From: Eutreptiella sp. 'Long Island Sound 2002'
Lineage: Eukaryota > Protista > Euglenida
Length of the DNA: 64,000 nt
Direction of reading: 5' to 3'
NCBI GenBank assembly: GCA_964036045.1
Contig: OZ038378.1
Span: forward strand, 125,798,001 to 125,862,000
Numbering within the stretch: position 1 is the first letter of the stretch; each line of letters starts with the position of its first letter. Positions 1-13,692 of the stretch are shown here, piece after piece. Below the pieces are notes generated by a model. It saw only the letters and a list, made by a program, of their open reading frames with translations. It was not told where the DNA came from and did no database searches. A program made the translations under genes and the position numbers.

Positions 1-2030
1 CTATATCTTCTAAAATTCTTAGCTGACCCGAAAGCTTGCAAACAGTGGTTGCTTAGCCTATCTAATGGCACTAGAAAAGTTTCAAAAATGCTCCCATTCC
101 CAAATCTTGTGTCCTTCATCGGATGGGTTTGGTTGGTCATTCCATGAAATTAGGTGAACTTAAGGACGCTTGGAGACCTATGCACCGGCCACTTGGCGCC
201 TGTAGCATGGACCAACTTCACCCCAAACGCCTCGAAGTTGTTGTGGATTAGGATGTTAGGTGGCTCGTAAAATTCTTGAATCGCGTTTTGAAACACTTTT
301 GGTGCTCTTAAGATGGGTGTGGGGGGTCATTTCGTGACAATATCTGTAGTGTAATCGCACTCAAAATGGTTGGACAATTTACCTTTTGGATTCTCAGTTG
401 CATCTATGATATATTAGCATTTCATATGTTGTAAATCTCGTTTTTTATTGCCCCTTGGATGGTGTTTTCTGGTCATTTGATAGGCAATATGATTGTCTCA
501 TCATCCATGGGCACCAACGCCGTGGCCGCTAGTCCCATTTAGCCCGAGCGCGGCGGCCACTACGCGGGTCCCCATGGGTTCTTTAATACCAAAATTGCCA
601 TGACATGACAAAGCAAACCCGTCGCATGGGTTGCAAAAGCGTTTCCAAAAGAAGCAGACATCCCAAAGTTGTATGTGCCAATAGATTGCCTAAGCAACAG
701 CTATTTTGGGGTGCCGATGGCCCGGAAATGGCTATTGTTCATGCTATCTAGTGGGGCCTCAAAAAAGTCGAAAATCTGCCTTTTTGGAAAACCTTCGTTC
801 CCCTCCATAATAGGTTGGGTTGTTCATTTGCTAGGAATACAGGTACTTGAGCAACCAAGGTGAGCCACGACCCACGTAGTGGCCGTTACGTCCATGTAGC
901 CAAGGCCACAGGCTCTCCTAAAGCCCCGAAATTGCTGGTGGTGAGCATTTTTAGTGACCCGCAAAAGTTTCTGAACATCCTCCTCTTCTCGCAACCCTTG
1001 TATCACACCTAGGGTCGTTTGGGGAGGTCATTTGTGACGAATGGGTACCGAAGCACTCAAGATGAGGGCTACAGTCACCGAGCTGGTGGAACCACGCTTG
1101 GTTTTATGGCCCTCTTTAGTTTCCGGGGTGAACCCACTAGGTTTAGCAAGCACCAAGCAAGCGAAAATGGGCAAAAGTCACAGCTACGTCGTGGTGCTTC
1201 AGATTGGCCCAAAATTTTGGTGGATGCTCCCTATGGGTGTGAGAAACAACAGCACCAAGTATGAGCTAGAAACTCAACAGTGGTTTCCCGGAACGGTTGT
1301 CGCAAGTGTTGGACCTCCGTTTCAAGATCTGCAATTTAGGCCCCAAAGCAGCCTTTGTTTGCCCAAAAGATCTAGAAGCCGTTGGACACGGCCAAATGAA
1401 GGGTAATACTGCCTACGCTACACATGCAACTAGACTTCTGCGTGCCGAAGGTCCCTCTAGGGCCCTCTAAAAAAAGAGTGCGTTGTTTGTGAAACCCCTC
1501 CATCCATCCAAGGTTGAGTTTGATTGGCCATCTTAGGACGTTACGGGTACTCAAGTGGACTCACATAGTGGCCGCTAGGTCCATGTCCCCGAAGCCATGG
1601 CTCCCAATAAAGTTACCAAAAACAACCATATGGGCGTTTCGGGGGGTATTGACCCGCGCTACATGGGCCTAGCGGCTACTGCATGGATCCCCGCAGGTTT
1701 TGGATCCTAGTATAGTGACGAGTGACAAACCGCACCAATACTAGGGGGGACACACGGGCTCCGTATGAAGGCAAATTTTCCAAAGCTTTTATGCACCACT
1801 ACATAGCCTAAAGAGCAGCCGCTTCTGATCTTTTGAGGCGCGCATGGCCCCGGCCCCAAAAGCGTTGTAGGCACTACATGGTGCCTTGGGCACGTGAGTG
1901 CTTACATTGTCACCAAATGACCACGCAAACCCGTCTCGGGGACGAACAAAGCGTGTTGAAAAGAGGTGAATGCCGGAAATCTTTGAAGTGCCAATACACA
2001 ACCTAAGACTTAGGAGGCCTTAATTGCCCA
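1..2030. repeat. Degenerate, internally repetitive sequence (left arm) related to 8571-10000
   Basis: Recurring motifs GTGGCCGCTAG (about 522, 1569) and ATTGTCACCAAATGACC (about 1906; also about 9728). 121-150 is the approximate reverse complement of 8944-8972. 2009-2030 is the reverse complement of 8571-8592 with 2 mismatches. Confidence 0.5.
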
Positions 2031-2615
2031 GGGGTCGGGGGGGGGTATGCGAAAGGACGGCCATTCATGGGGTAAAAAAAAAGGCAAATTACTACCCCCC
2101 AATTGCACACAGCGCACAACGAGTGAGATCTTCGACTGAAATCATGCCCCTATTTGTCCATTTTGCCCTTTCCACCTGCAATTGAGCACACTTGTAAACC
2201 ATTCGAAACATGCATCCAAATTCAAAGAAATAGCAGTGAAGGACAAATTGCATTGTCCACTGAAGGGTTTCCGTGGCGCACATGTGACATTGCACTGATG
2301 CATGGTGAAATAGACCCCCTCTATCCGTGAATTGCAATCAGACGCGAAATTTCGCCACATTTGGCGAAATCTAGCATAATTGGGTACAAAATCGTGTAAG
2401 TCCATTGGCTCCTTGCCAGAGTATGAGATCGATACATAACATCTGAATAATATGAATTGAACCATAAGGAAGTGTTTATAATCAATCAATACACCAACAT
2501 ACACCACAGAAACTACCAAATGCAGCTTACAAAAGGCACTCCAATGTGCCATCGTCGAGAAATGGTGAGTCTGAATAACAAATCAAGCAAAGTCAGGCAT
2601 AAATTGAAATTCAAG

Positions 2616-3074
2616 TCAGCTGCTCACATGATGGTGGTTCTGCTGGTACCAATGTCTCATCATAGCAGTTATTCCCCAATCACCGTCGTCGTTTGTGCCC
2701 CAATCGAGTTCCTTTCGAGGTTTGCTGATGTGATTGGGCTGCTGGTGCGGTCCCACCGTGAAATTTGCAAAGTTCTCCAATCCCTCTGGTGACGGTGACT
2801 GTCCTTTCGGCTCCAACGTTGGACTCCTTTTTTCTTTGTGTGGCATGACCAATTGTTGACTCTCCTGTTGTGTTTGTTCCTCATCACCATGCGCCGCCGG
2901 GGCCTCATCAGACGGTGATCGAGCCCTTTTCACGGGTGTTGCTTGAGGTTCGTTGCTGCCACTTGCATCGACACCAGGGGCACTGCTGGCTGCGCTCTTC
3001 TTGGGCTTTGGCTGAGCAACCTTAGGCTTTGGCTTTGCCTTGGGCTTTGCATCCACGTCCACCATACTATCCAT
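2616..3074 (-). pseudogene. Lys/Pro/Ala-rich low-complexity ORF, possibly the C-terminal tail of the upstream DDE remnant
   Basis: ORF track KPKAKPKPKVAQPKPKKSAASS; lies just downstream of the DDE-like remnant on the same strand; no recognisable domain. Confidence 0.25.
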
Positions 3075-3169
3075 GCATCCTGTTCATCAAGGTCATCAGG
3101 TAGATACGCCATTCCAGTCGTGTCAACAAGCAGACCCTTGCCCTGCTACGGCAACACAAATTACCTGTA

Positions 3170-5421
3170 GATTGGGGCCACGGAGTCAGCTTCTTTTAAA
3201 GTACGGGTTGTGAGCTCAATAGTTTCCTTTGGAAATTCGTTAACCACGGCTTTGAGCAAACCAAATACAACTTCAATTTCAGACCTCAGACGAATTTGCA
3301 ATCGAACAGCCATATTTGGGGATTGAGACCCCAACAAGAAAATAGTTTGTCAAATTCATTGGGATTTTGAGACCCTCCAACACCCATTAAATAGCCTCAA
3401 GACACAGGATACTGGGCAACAGGCCTTCACTAAACTTGATGTACATTGGCAGCTAATCAACTGGTACAAATTGGACAAACAGACGGCAGTGGCGAAATTT
3501 CGCTCGAGTTTGAGATTCCGGTGTTTTCGGGTTATCATTTACAAGGGGCAATACACCTTTCTTGGAATCGGACTCAACGTGATTGATGTCATCACTAATT
3601 GCAATCACAGTGAAATTGGGAATGTGGCTACCAGTGTCGTATACCATGACACTCGCCCCATTCACTCCCTCCTCAACTAGATCAGCCTGCAACTGACTCA
3701 TTATGATCCGAACGTCAGCCAATTCATCAGTAACCACCAATGGTTTCCCCATTGAAACATGTCACACAGCAAGAGGTGGTGGACCCATGGACCACCTTTT
3801 GGAATCTCAATGACAGCAAATATGAACGGCAACCCAACGACATTGGCATTTAAAATGGTAGTGGAATTCAGCAAAAAAAGCTGAAAGGGGGACCCATGCC
3901 AATAGCATCTGCATCAGAAGAAGAAAATGCCTTCAAGTGGACCACATTCCATTCGGAGCTCGAAATGTCAAAGGAATTACGCGGTGTGGCAACGTGGCTC
4001 CTGAAGTCTACATATTGTGAGGATGTCCAAAATTCGGCCTTGCATACAGAGTCCCAGGGAGGCATAGGCAAGTCATGGGTATACACCCAGTGTGTATGGC
4101 GGAGCTAGAGTGTAGCAATCCCCTTGATATGACGCTGGAATGTAGCAATCTCGGATGCATTTCCTATTAGCAAGGAAAGCTGGGTGTTCATGACATAATG
4201 GGAAAGGAGACGCGAAAAATTCGCCACAATGGACGGATTGGACGATTCAACGGTGCGTTTTACGATGCCTGTACGACATACTTCGGGTAGGGTGAACCAA
4301 CTCCTTGGGACAATCGGGATGCATAACGATCGCATGTCCCTTTAGCATTTAAGTGCCACTTTAGCCAGTCCTGCAACAGTAGCTCGTGGGGTCTCCATGT
4401 ATCTTGCACACTGTCCCAGGAATGGTGCAACGAGGCCTTGCAATAGTTTGAATGATCCAAGTGCCAAGGGGATCCTCCTATTCTCGAAATTGCGTGTTCC
4501 ATCAATTGCTGTATAGCCAGTTGCCTCAATTATTCTTGCCGAAGGCAAGCATCTTCGTGCCACAGGATCGTATTGTGTATAGGAGCAACGTTCTTCGGGA
4601 CCACGAAGACGATGCGCATCACAGGCACATTGACATACCAGGCTTCCTTCGTCAGCTGTTTGTCAAGCCTCCTCCCACATCACACGGCACACGTCAATGA
4701 GACTGAGATCAGCATTCTTAGGCGCCTCCAAGTTCTCCATTAGCGGCATTGCCCTTTCAATCATGCATGCTCCTGTGCCTGAGGGTTGTGTTGTCTTTTG
4801 ATGGCCGGCTAGGCGTCTCCTCTGTCGCAATGGGGTATCCCACTTCAAAACGATACACTGAAACTCTAGCTGCCACCTCAATAGGTCCAGATTCTTTTTG
4901 TCGCGTTCAGCCGCAAGTCTCCGTGCCGCACAAGACACATGTTGTCCACCAATGATCCACAAATTGCACACTGCATCAATGGCACAGAATATACACCCCC
5001 ACGAGAGAATAGAAACGATAGCCTATAGGTGCACGTGCAGTAACATACGACTGTCAGGCGATACCAACAAGCCTTTGATGATCCCCGGAGGAGGTACCCT
5101 TGCCAAATCCTCCGGCTGCATCTTCAGTCGGGTGTCGCTGACCTTCCTGATTTGCCCATACTCGCGGTACAGATCAACCAGCAGGACCTTCTGCGATAAC
5201 ACCACTGTCTTGTGGAGGCGCCTCTGCTAGAGCCATTGTTTTCGAGAATCCCTTCTTGTTTGCACTGTTGTGTGGCGTCTGTTGAATGGGGCCCTCGGAG
5301 GACCCCTGCGATGGTTTTCATAATGAGGCTGGCTCTGGTGCCACGGGCACATTGTTATTTGATTTTGGGGGCACAAATGACATGACAACGGGGCCTGTAG
5401 GAAATCAGTGTGCTCTGGCAA
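3170..5421 (-). pseudogene. Degenerate DDE transposase-like ORF chain (IS4/IS5/Harbinger-like clan, tentative)
   Basis: GKPLVVTDELADVRIIMSQL...ASVMVYDTG (ORF 3453-3752) resembles the D1-D2 segment. My translation of about 3235-3315 gives RLRSEIEVVFGLLK, matching the R-x2-IE-x2-FG-x-LK catalytic-Glu motif. Several ORF pieces are joined in frame across single stops (5227, 5023, 4105); there are also frameshifts. Confidence 0.4.
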
Positions 5422-5829
5422 TGGATCCTAGTGCCAAATGGCAGTGATTTGTTGTTTTTAGTGCCCAGCATTCCTCATTTATAGTCTGTTCAGAAGAAAA
5501 ACAAGTACAATCACATAATGTACGCTCAGTCACACATCGTGACACTGTCAACAAAAGATAGTGCATCACATTAGCAAATCGGGAGAACACACAGAAAAAT
5601 AGTAGCACATCCTTGGTGGAGCTGGGTGCAGCCCAACATTACCTGTTACCATGCAGGCTCCGAACATACAAAATAGCAAAACCCTGCGAAATTTCACGTC
5701 TCAATGCAAAAATGGGAAATCAACTACTGGAAACACCAATCATGGAAGATGTGGCGAAATTTCGCCACTTAATGCAGAAATCAACAATCAGAGTACAAGT
5801 TCTGCTACATTCCAAGGACAATAGGTCTG

Positions 5830-7681
5830 TTAGTCCCATGTTAAAGTGTCTTGTCCAAATACCTTCCCTTCATCCAAAATGGCCACTATATCATCATTGT
5901 CCGACACGCTATTGTCTTCATTGTCACTATTGAATGCAAAAAGGGCCTCCTCAGGGCTATTGTCCTCGTCATCGCTCGCATTATCCGCACCTTGCCGTTC
6001 GCCCCCGATTAGATGCTGAAACCTATTCTGCGCTAGTGGTCGCTTTGGACCAGCTTTGGGTGCAGCGTTTGGAATCCTTGGGGCTGATTTGGGAATGGTT
6101 GGAGCTTGGCTTGGGGGAGGGTGGGGGGCAGCTGGTTTTGCAACTAGTTTCCCCGGTTTTGGTTTTGGTTTGTGTTTCGGACTAGGCGGGCGGGTAATTT
6201 GCATCACTCTTGGGATATCCACATTATGTTGCCCTGCAATCATTGAATGAGGCACTATTTACTACAGACTTGTAAGAAGGTCGTCGCTTGGGGGGTTCTT
6301 GCGAAGCAGGGTCCTAATATATTTGTGGTGTACAGTGAAAAGAAAACTGCGGGATGGAACAACCGCAAATGTTCCGCAAAAACGAAGGTCATGTGCGCTA
6401 CGCAACACAACTGCTTCTGCAACCCGAAGGGGTGGGGGCTTCCCTTGCACACTAGCCAAGGATGCAATACAAACGCGAAGAATTAACTTCGTCCGATTGG
6501 ACCCATACCGCATATCCGACTTGTCTGTTAGTGAGAACTGTAGGTTCGTCCTCCCCGGCCGGGTCTGAGTCAGTGCCGCTAAGGGATGTGATGGTAGTCC
6601 AAACCCGGTATTGTGCACACAACCTGCTCAACATTGCCTCCCCTTATTCCTCACTGTGAATACACCCGGGCGTTCGAGAGTGCCAACGCTACCATGTCAC
6701 CAGAGCAGCCATCCATGTCTCCATGTACTGCACATTCTCCCGCTGGTCCCCCACGAAAGAAAGCACAACCAGCAAACAGGACTCCAGCACTGCTAAGGCA
6801 TTCTTCCCACGGCCCGGATCTCTGCCAGCCCAATTGCAGTCCCGCACAAGGACACCAAACCTAAATGCAGTTGGGCAATACGACTTCAACAACACCTTCA
6901 ACCACAAAGGTAGCTCCTGCACGTCCGTCATTGGTCCATTCCGCGCCGCAATAGCAAAGATGCTTCAAGTTTTGCCTAAACTCGTGCTAGGTAAGTGCCT
7001 GCATTTAGACACGGCGGTAGCATGGTCTTCTCGATATGAAGGAGCTTCACCTTTGTTGGTATTGTGTCCCCTTCCTTGAAATCGGTGTGTATTCTCTCAA
7101 TCAAAGAGATAATAGGCATCAAGTTGCGTAACAGCCTAGTGATCATATGCTTGTATGAGTGCGAACCCCCATAAACGAGAGGTAGGCTTGACCAGTGCAA
7201 CTAGAAATTCCAAGAAATGTAACTCTGCCCATGTAGGTACTTCATTAGCTCGTAGTGAATCTTGATATCAACACACAGAGGCAAAACATGCCGCGTTGCT
7301 TGCTGCACAAGCCGAATCATATTCTGAAGTTTAAGATGATCCAGTTTGGTTCCACACCTTAGTTGAGACAAAGCATCATTGGTTGCCAACGGAGAGATGG
7401 CACATTCCGGGGAACAATGTCCGGGGGAACTCTAACAAAGGTACGGTGGATCATGCCAAGAAGAGCATAACCCGCCGAAACAAATCCGCATGACGTAGTT
7501 GCAAAGCATCAACACGTGCCCCAATTGTCAAGACGGCATGAATTGGTGAGACGTGCCCCGGAAATGGTGGTAGGGCTGGCAAATGCGGGACGGCCATAGC
7601 CGTGCAATTTATGGAGTGGTCAGGATGTTGTGGGTCTACGCCATAATTCTTTTTAACCCCATTGTCGAACCAAAGCGGCAT
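5830..7681 (-). pseudogene. Second degenerate ORF chain of unknown product with Pro/Lys-rich and acidic tail
   Basis: ORFs 7201-7389 and 6976-7200 are in frame across one TAG; 5830-6255 ends in KPKPKPG...DNASDDEDNS. No domain recognised. Confidence 0.25.
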
Positions 7682-8570
7682 CTGGGGGCCCTGCGTGCTT
7701 TGCCAAAGCCAAGTTGCTTGTCGCCGTGCATTGGTTGTAAGTCAGCGCATAGCTGCATGCACAAGTCCTATCGCGGCCAAACAGTCGGCTTGTCCTCCGG
7801 CTCAACGAAACAAGCATTGGTACATCCTGGGATCATGCATGAGGGGCTGCCATCTTTCTCAGAAGTCGCCACAAGCATATCAATTGATTTGAGAAAACAG
7901 TTTAGCAACGGGGCTTCGGCCGTATTCCATAAGCAAACAGCAAATGTCTAAGATTCTTCCGTGAGCGTCGATTCGTTCGCATTGCCAAGGCCCTAACAGC
8001 CAATAGCCTTGCAGAACCCCCATTGGCAACGTCCGTCATTGGGTCATCAACGTTCTGAAACTCACGACTTGCAACAACCACCCGTAGCACTGTAGGATCC
8101 ATGTCCTGCGTTCACCTCACAACAAAGAATCAGATTATTGCCTTAGAACAATGAACACACTGCATACCAAGATTGTCTGAATGGTCATAAATCTCATCAA
8201 GAGCGCAAATTTCGGTACAGATCAAATCAACTAAACATACACAAATGCAAATAGAGAATAAGGGCATTAATTCATCAATCAAGGAAGGAGAGACGAAACT
8301 TCGCATCTCATTGAAGAATAAATGCACGAAAAAAGGGTATGATATCGGCCAATTTCAAATGAGTGGCGAATTTTCGCTTCAGTTTTGGAATTTGGCGGAT
8401 TCGGGGGTTGAAATTGACTATTTGAAATTGCAACATTGGCAGGTTGAAACAATGGCTTTTAAAACACAGTATGAAATAGTGACTCGCCCCCCCCCCCCCC
8501 CGCATTTGACACCTTTAAAAAAACACCCCAGTACGGGGTAACAAATTTGACTTCTTGAGGGTCGTCAGGG

Positions 8571-10000
8571 TGGGCAACTAAGGCCGCCTAAGTAATAGCA
8601 GCGATGTCTGGATTTTGGAGGGGTTTCGGACTAAGGAAAATATCAAAAACTTTTCAATACCTCTAAACATCCTGAAAAACACGAGTATCCATGGGTTTGC
8701 ATGGGCCTCCCCGTCACTACATGGAATCCCATAGGTAGTCAAGTGCGGAGAGTGTAACCAAATAACCAAGCAAAACCATCCCAAAGCTGACGGAAGCAAT
8801 TTTCGTAGAAGGCTAACTTCGAAAACTTTTCCAGATCCGTTAGGTAGCGTAAACAATGGCTATTGTGGGGCCTTTGGTGGCACATGTCCCAAACAGCCTA
8901 GCAGCCACTATGCAGGTGCCCAACGGTGCTTGGGTACCTATATTCTCATGAAATGACGAACCAAGCCCATCCAAGAAACGACAAAAGGTCTTTTAAAACA
9001 GTGCAATGTTGAACAATTTATGGGTGCTTCTAAAGAAACAAGATGCCTTTCAAGGCTTTCTAGGGCCGCATGGCCTAATGTGCACAAGGCCAAGCAGCAA
9101 CTCCTTTGGACCCCTTGGGTGAAAAAATAACTATATTGTCACCAAGTACGCGGCCAACCCAATACCAAGGGCAACATAGCCACTTCCGACAAAGGGAACA
9201 CTGAAAAAATCTTCATAGGCGATTGCACCTCCTAAACAACCACAACTTCGGGGCTTTGAGGTGTTTATGGTCTGAGTTACACGTCCCGAGAAACGGCTAC
9301 TTGGGTCACAGTGGGTGCTTCAGTACCCGCATTGTGTCTCAACAACCAACCATAGCTAAACCTTCAGCAAAGGAAGTATCTTGTAAACAAGAAGATTTTC
9401 ACAAACTTGTAAGTGCCTCTAAATGTGCGAAACATTGGGCACTTGGTAGGCTTTTTTTTTGGGAGGGGGGGGATTGGTCCGGAGTGAACGGGCCTAGCAG
9501 GCACTATGTGGGTCTTCATGGATGCTTGAGTGCCGGTTTTTCACGAAATGACAACGGCAACCCATCGTATAGGCAATCGAATGGTTCAGAAAAGTCAAGA
9601 TTGGGAAATTTTTGGCGCATAATAATAAGCCGACTAAACAACCGCGACATCCGGACTTTCCATAGGACCGCGGCCTGACTCGGCCCGACAAGCACTGGGT
9701 GGGCCTCCAGGGATGCAGGGTACCTACATTGTCACCAAATGACCACGAAATTGCAACGCTAAGGCGATAGAGAGTTTTCCATACAGGTGAATTTTGGAGG
9801 TAGCACATGGCTGTCTGAAAGAATGTCAATCCTGGACAGCAAGGACCCATATGGGCAGCGGGATATCCAGAGCTTGGACACAACAGCTTGGCTTTTGGTG
9901 AGGGAGGCCATGAAAGAAAAAACACCCTAAGGACGCAAGACAATATTCATAAAAAACAGGCTGTGTAGAAAAAATAGTTTTTATCATCAACTTCCCCACC
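8571..10000. repeat. Degenerate, internally repetitive sequence (right arm) related to 1-2030
   Basis: Shares the motifs listed for 1-2030, partly in inverted orientation. The right boundary is uncertain. Confidence 0.45.
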
Positions 10001-11432
10001 CCAAAAGGGATACCCAAGTAGCGGTAGGGTGGGTGGCGCATTTTAAAAATGTATGCGGATCAGTTTGTCTCATATGTCCATCAGGCACCCATTTCCTCAT
10101 CTCAAGGACGAGTGCCCACATTTGATAAATGTCCGTAACTGTGGTAACCTGTTGACACCTACTCACACCCATGCTTAATATTGGTGCACCATGCCCTACT
10201 CCCACTCAACCTGGATTTTGCTTGGTGGGCGTCCCACCCTCAAGGGAGCAAGGGTTGCACGGCACCTTGACAGTACCCAGGAAAAGACAATTTTCGTGTG
10301 GTGAATCTTGGAGTGGGGGTAGGGGTGGCAGGGGGGCAATGGCAACTGCGTGAGGAACTCACACAATGCGATGCCGGTGTACAGTGAGTACGACATATGT
10401 CACAAAGACTATGTTAGGTTTGCTGCTACGGCATGAGAACTTGACCACTCATGGTTGAAGTACCCATTTGCTCTTATTTGTTGCTTGGGTGTACTTGAGG
10501 GTATCTGTATGACAAGCCAGCAAGAATCACCAAATGAAAGACACGAAAATATTTCTGGGGCCAATTTCGCGCAATTTGTGAACCAAAAGACCGGCAGTAG
10601 TGTGCCCTTTGCAAACAGACGGTAAAGCAACTTTTGAATGCGTAGCAAAAATGGCGCGAATATGGGTGCTCGAACCAAAGGTGTTTCTCGGAAAGGGGTT
10701 TGTGAATAGGTTGGGTTGGGTAGCCATCCTTTAAAAAAATGAAGAAAAATGTTTGATAGGGGTGCCTACAAAAACAAACTGCCCATTTCCGACAAGATAT
10801 GTTGCCATGGTGGGCCATCAATATCTCTGTTGACACTGTACAATTTGCCTGTGTCTTCCGCGACATTACATGGGCACATATTCGCAATATTTGGGCAAAC
10901 TTCGCGCGACTTACACACTAATATTATGCATATGCTCGCACGTGTTCACCATAGTGTGCAAAAGAGCAAGTCTCGAGTGCCAACTACAACCATGGTGGAG
11001 CCCTAATGTCCTATGGTTGCCACTTGCCCATTCCAAAACGTTGCACAGAAACATTTACATAGTTGAGGTCACTAAGTGCCTTGTTGCGGGCCGGGCTAGC
11101 CAACAGCCACACAGTCAACAGCCCTTGTCCACACATGGACCTCTTGGTGACATCCCAACCCTTTTGCCAGAAGTCGTCATCGATTGTGTGGTTGTCAACC
11201 ACAACATACACACGTAAGTGGCCGCATAGAAGGCTTAGGCCCCTGTTGTTGCGCAATATGTATTGCAGCCTATGATGGCTGCCTTCCGTGGCACAACATG
11301 AAAATTGGTGACTTTGGTGAGGATTTTCCACTTACGGACAAAAGCAAATATATGTGGTAAATGTACCATTGCGACCACGAGAGCTTAGGCCATTGTAAGA
11401 GTAAGTGGGTAGGCCCACTCTTATAGTACAAT

Positions 11433-11500
11433 CCCTAGAGACCTAGATTAAAAGCAAATTTTTTGGATATTTGCACCAAAAAATCATTTAATTGTTTACG
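11433..11500 (+). repeat. Solo TIR-like end of the CCCTAGAGACC family
   Basis: CCCTAGAGACCTAGATTAAAAGCAA resembles 37719 CCCTAGAGACCCAAATTAAATCCAA. Confidence 0.5.
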
Positions 11501-11983
11501 TTTGTTGTGTAGCGCCAAACCAGGCACATCGGGTCCTTGGAGGGACCCTCGTACCTGACGACCCCGTCGCAGGGTCCCATACCTTTGGAAGTCCAGATTT
11601 GGGGGTAGCGCCGGTAGCAGGTTGGTTGCGCTAGAGGCCTACGCTAAATCCAATACGGGAAATATGCAAATTTAATTTTGGGAGGTGTTAAATGTTAAAC
11701 CGAAAAATTATAACATGTTAAACGGACTGCCTAGTATTTTCTAGATGTTAAACTATTTGCGACGTTAATTGCATGCGTATGCTAGGGTCTTGAGGGGGTT
11801 CTTTGTGGTAGAATGTTGCATAATAATTTGTAGAAATGATGGAGTGCTTAAGGGTTGGGGGTCCAACCCTTAGTACTCTTCTTTAGGTCCACCGCCAACC
11901 CCACTCAATACCCCCTTTTGTCTTGTGTGGCACTTGTTATGCCTTTCCCTTGAGACACTATTCTCCGGCTTAGCATAACGATT

Positions 11984-13692
11984 GTGCGTTTGACTAGGGC
12001 CAAGAGTTTTCAGGACCCTTGGGTTTCCCAACTTCTTGGTGAGTGGGTGGCTTCGTCTCCCTTGGCCAAAGCCCGTTGGGTGGAGGCCATGGACGTTGGC
12101 TACCCCTCCCTTGTTCGTACTAAGCAAGTGGAGGCGGTGAAGCAATATGCCTCCTCCCTTTTTCCCGCGCCCGAGTTTATTGGGCTACTCCTGGACCTCA
12201 ATGTCACAAAGATGGGGTTCCGCCTCTGCTCCTAGTTTATGACTCGGCGAGGCATTGAGTATACGGCCGCTACAAGCCACACTTTCCCGCGACCCATCCC
12301 AACGCGGCAAGCCTTCTTGGACACGTGCAAGGAAATGGCTAAGCCGCTAGAGTTGCGCCCCCCCGTCACCATGGACTACCCACCCGCTAGTGGCCGCAGT
12401 TGGCCCGTGCACTCATGCGCCCGCTATATTCAATCGCGTCCACCACTAGTGGACACCATTCATTGGGGCCAGCCCCTCGCCCTTATTGGGCGCGGCGATG
12501 CGCACCCATGTGCCGGTGGGAGTTGGACCCAATTGTCCAGTGCACTCCTCAACCACGGCAAACGGGGCCGCACACCCGCCTACTTGGGGGTCATTGGGAC
12601 GGCCGCGTGCGGCCACAAGGACACGGCCCCTTTGGCCCCAGAACCTTGAGGTACTTGGCGCTTTTGTGTTGCATTGAATTCGGGCTCGCTTCATTTGTTG
12701 GGTGCCTGCTACGCTGGTCCTTGCAGGTAACCCGCCGTTTATTCGCCGCCTGATTGGGGTATCCACATCGCCCAAAGTGGGGTGTATTTACAATATGGGA
12801 GTGTGGGACAAGGCGGCGGCGACGTGGTTGCGGGTGGACATGCGCCGGACTTTGTAGAACGAGGCGGCCGCCCGTCACCAATATGAGGTGACAGCTCGGA
12901 GCTGGCATAATGAGGGGTACGTAGAAGAACCTCGGATTTGTGGTTGAACAGTGTTGGGTTTTCCTATGCATCCTCCACTGTTGTGTGGCCATTGGACAGC
13001 TTCACGTCGCTGTCGTACCGAGCACGCACGGGGGTGAATGTTGGTGCCACCGCTACACCCGATGGGGAGGAGGCCAGGTCCCTCTTCCTTGCGTGGGAGG
13101 AGATGGGCCCACTATTGGCCTATGCACCGGGGGACCCCGAATGGCAAGCCGTTGTTGCAATGTGGAATGTATTTCGGGACTTGTACCACGACACGCCCCC
13201 TCTCAATGACCTCGGGGCGTGTGCTCTCGCCCGGCAGTACTGTGCACATTGCGGCGAGACCGCCTGCCAGTCCAACTACCTCCTCTACATGGAGTAGGAT
13301 GTGACCACGGCGGTGGCTAATGCGCCACGTTTGGGGGTGGGGTTAGGGGCGTGTGTGGATGTGGTAGAAAGCCTAAAAGCCATTTTAAAATGGGCGTACA
13401 ACGATCACACGGCCCGGGGGGGGGGGTGTATGCCGGGGGCCACATCCCCAGATAGGGAGGTGGAGGTTGTTTTGCAATATGAGAATGGGGGTTTTTGAAA
13501 TTTGATCTACCCCTTAGGGCCCTAGGAACCGCCCATGTGGCCCCATGTACGATGGCCGCGCTCCTGTCTAACCATAGCCCCCCACCCATGTCCCTTTCCC
13601 TTGCACCCGCAGCTCTTGTGAGCCCAATCCATGGACCCCCCGCAATGGAGCAGTTGATGAAGAACATGATGGAAAAGATGACCAAAAAAGTG
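11984..13692 (+). pseudogene. RAG1/Transib-like DDE transposase, disrupted
   Basis: GRGDAHPCAGGSWTQLSSALLNHG (first Asp); LAGNPPFIRRLIG (GGDQPFIRRLIG in copy B, second Asp); LCILHC; PDGEEARSLF (compare Transib NDGNxARxFF and RAG1 NGNFARKL); VDVVESLKAILKWAYNDHTARGGG (catalytic Glu region). In-frame TAG at 12233 and 13295 plus frameshifts. Confidence 0.7.

Noticed and set aside
12651-12726. Short intron in the copy A transposase ending at TTGCAG 12726
   Set aside because: The apparent acceptor aligns with coding LGGD in copy B, so copy A more likely has a deletion spanning the true acceptor.
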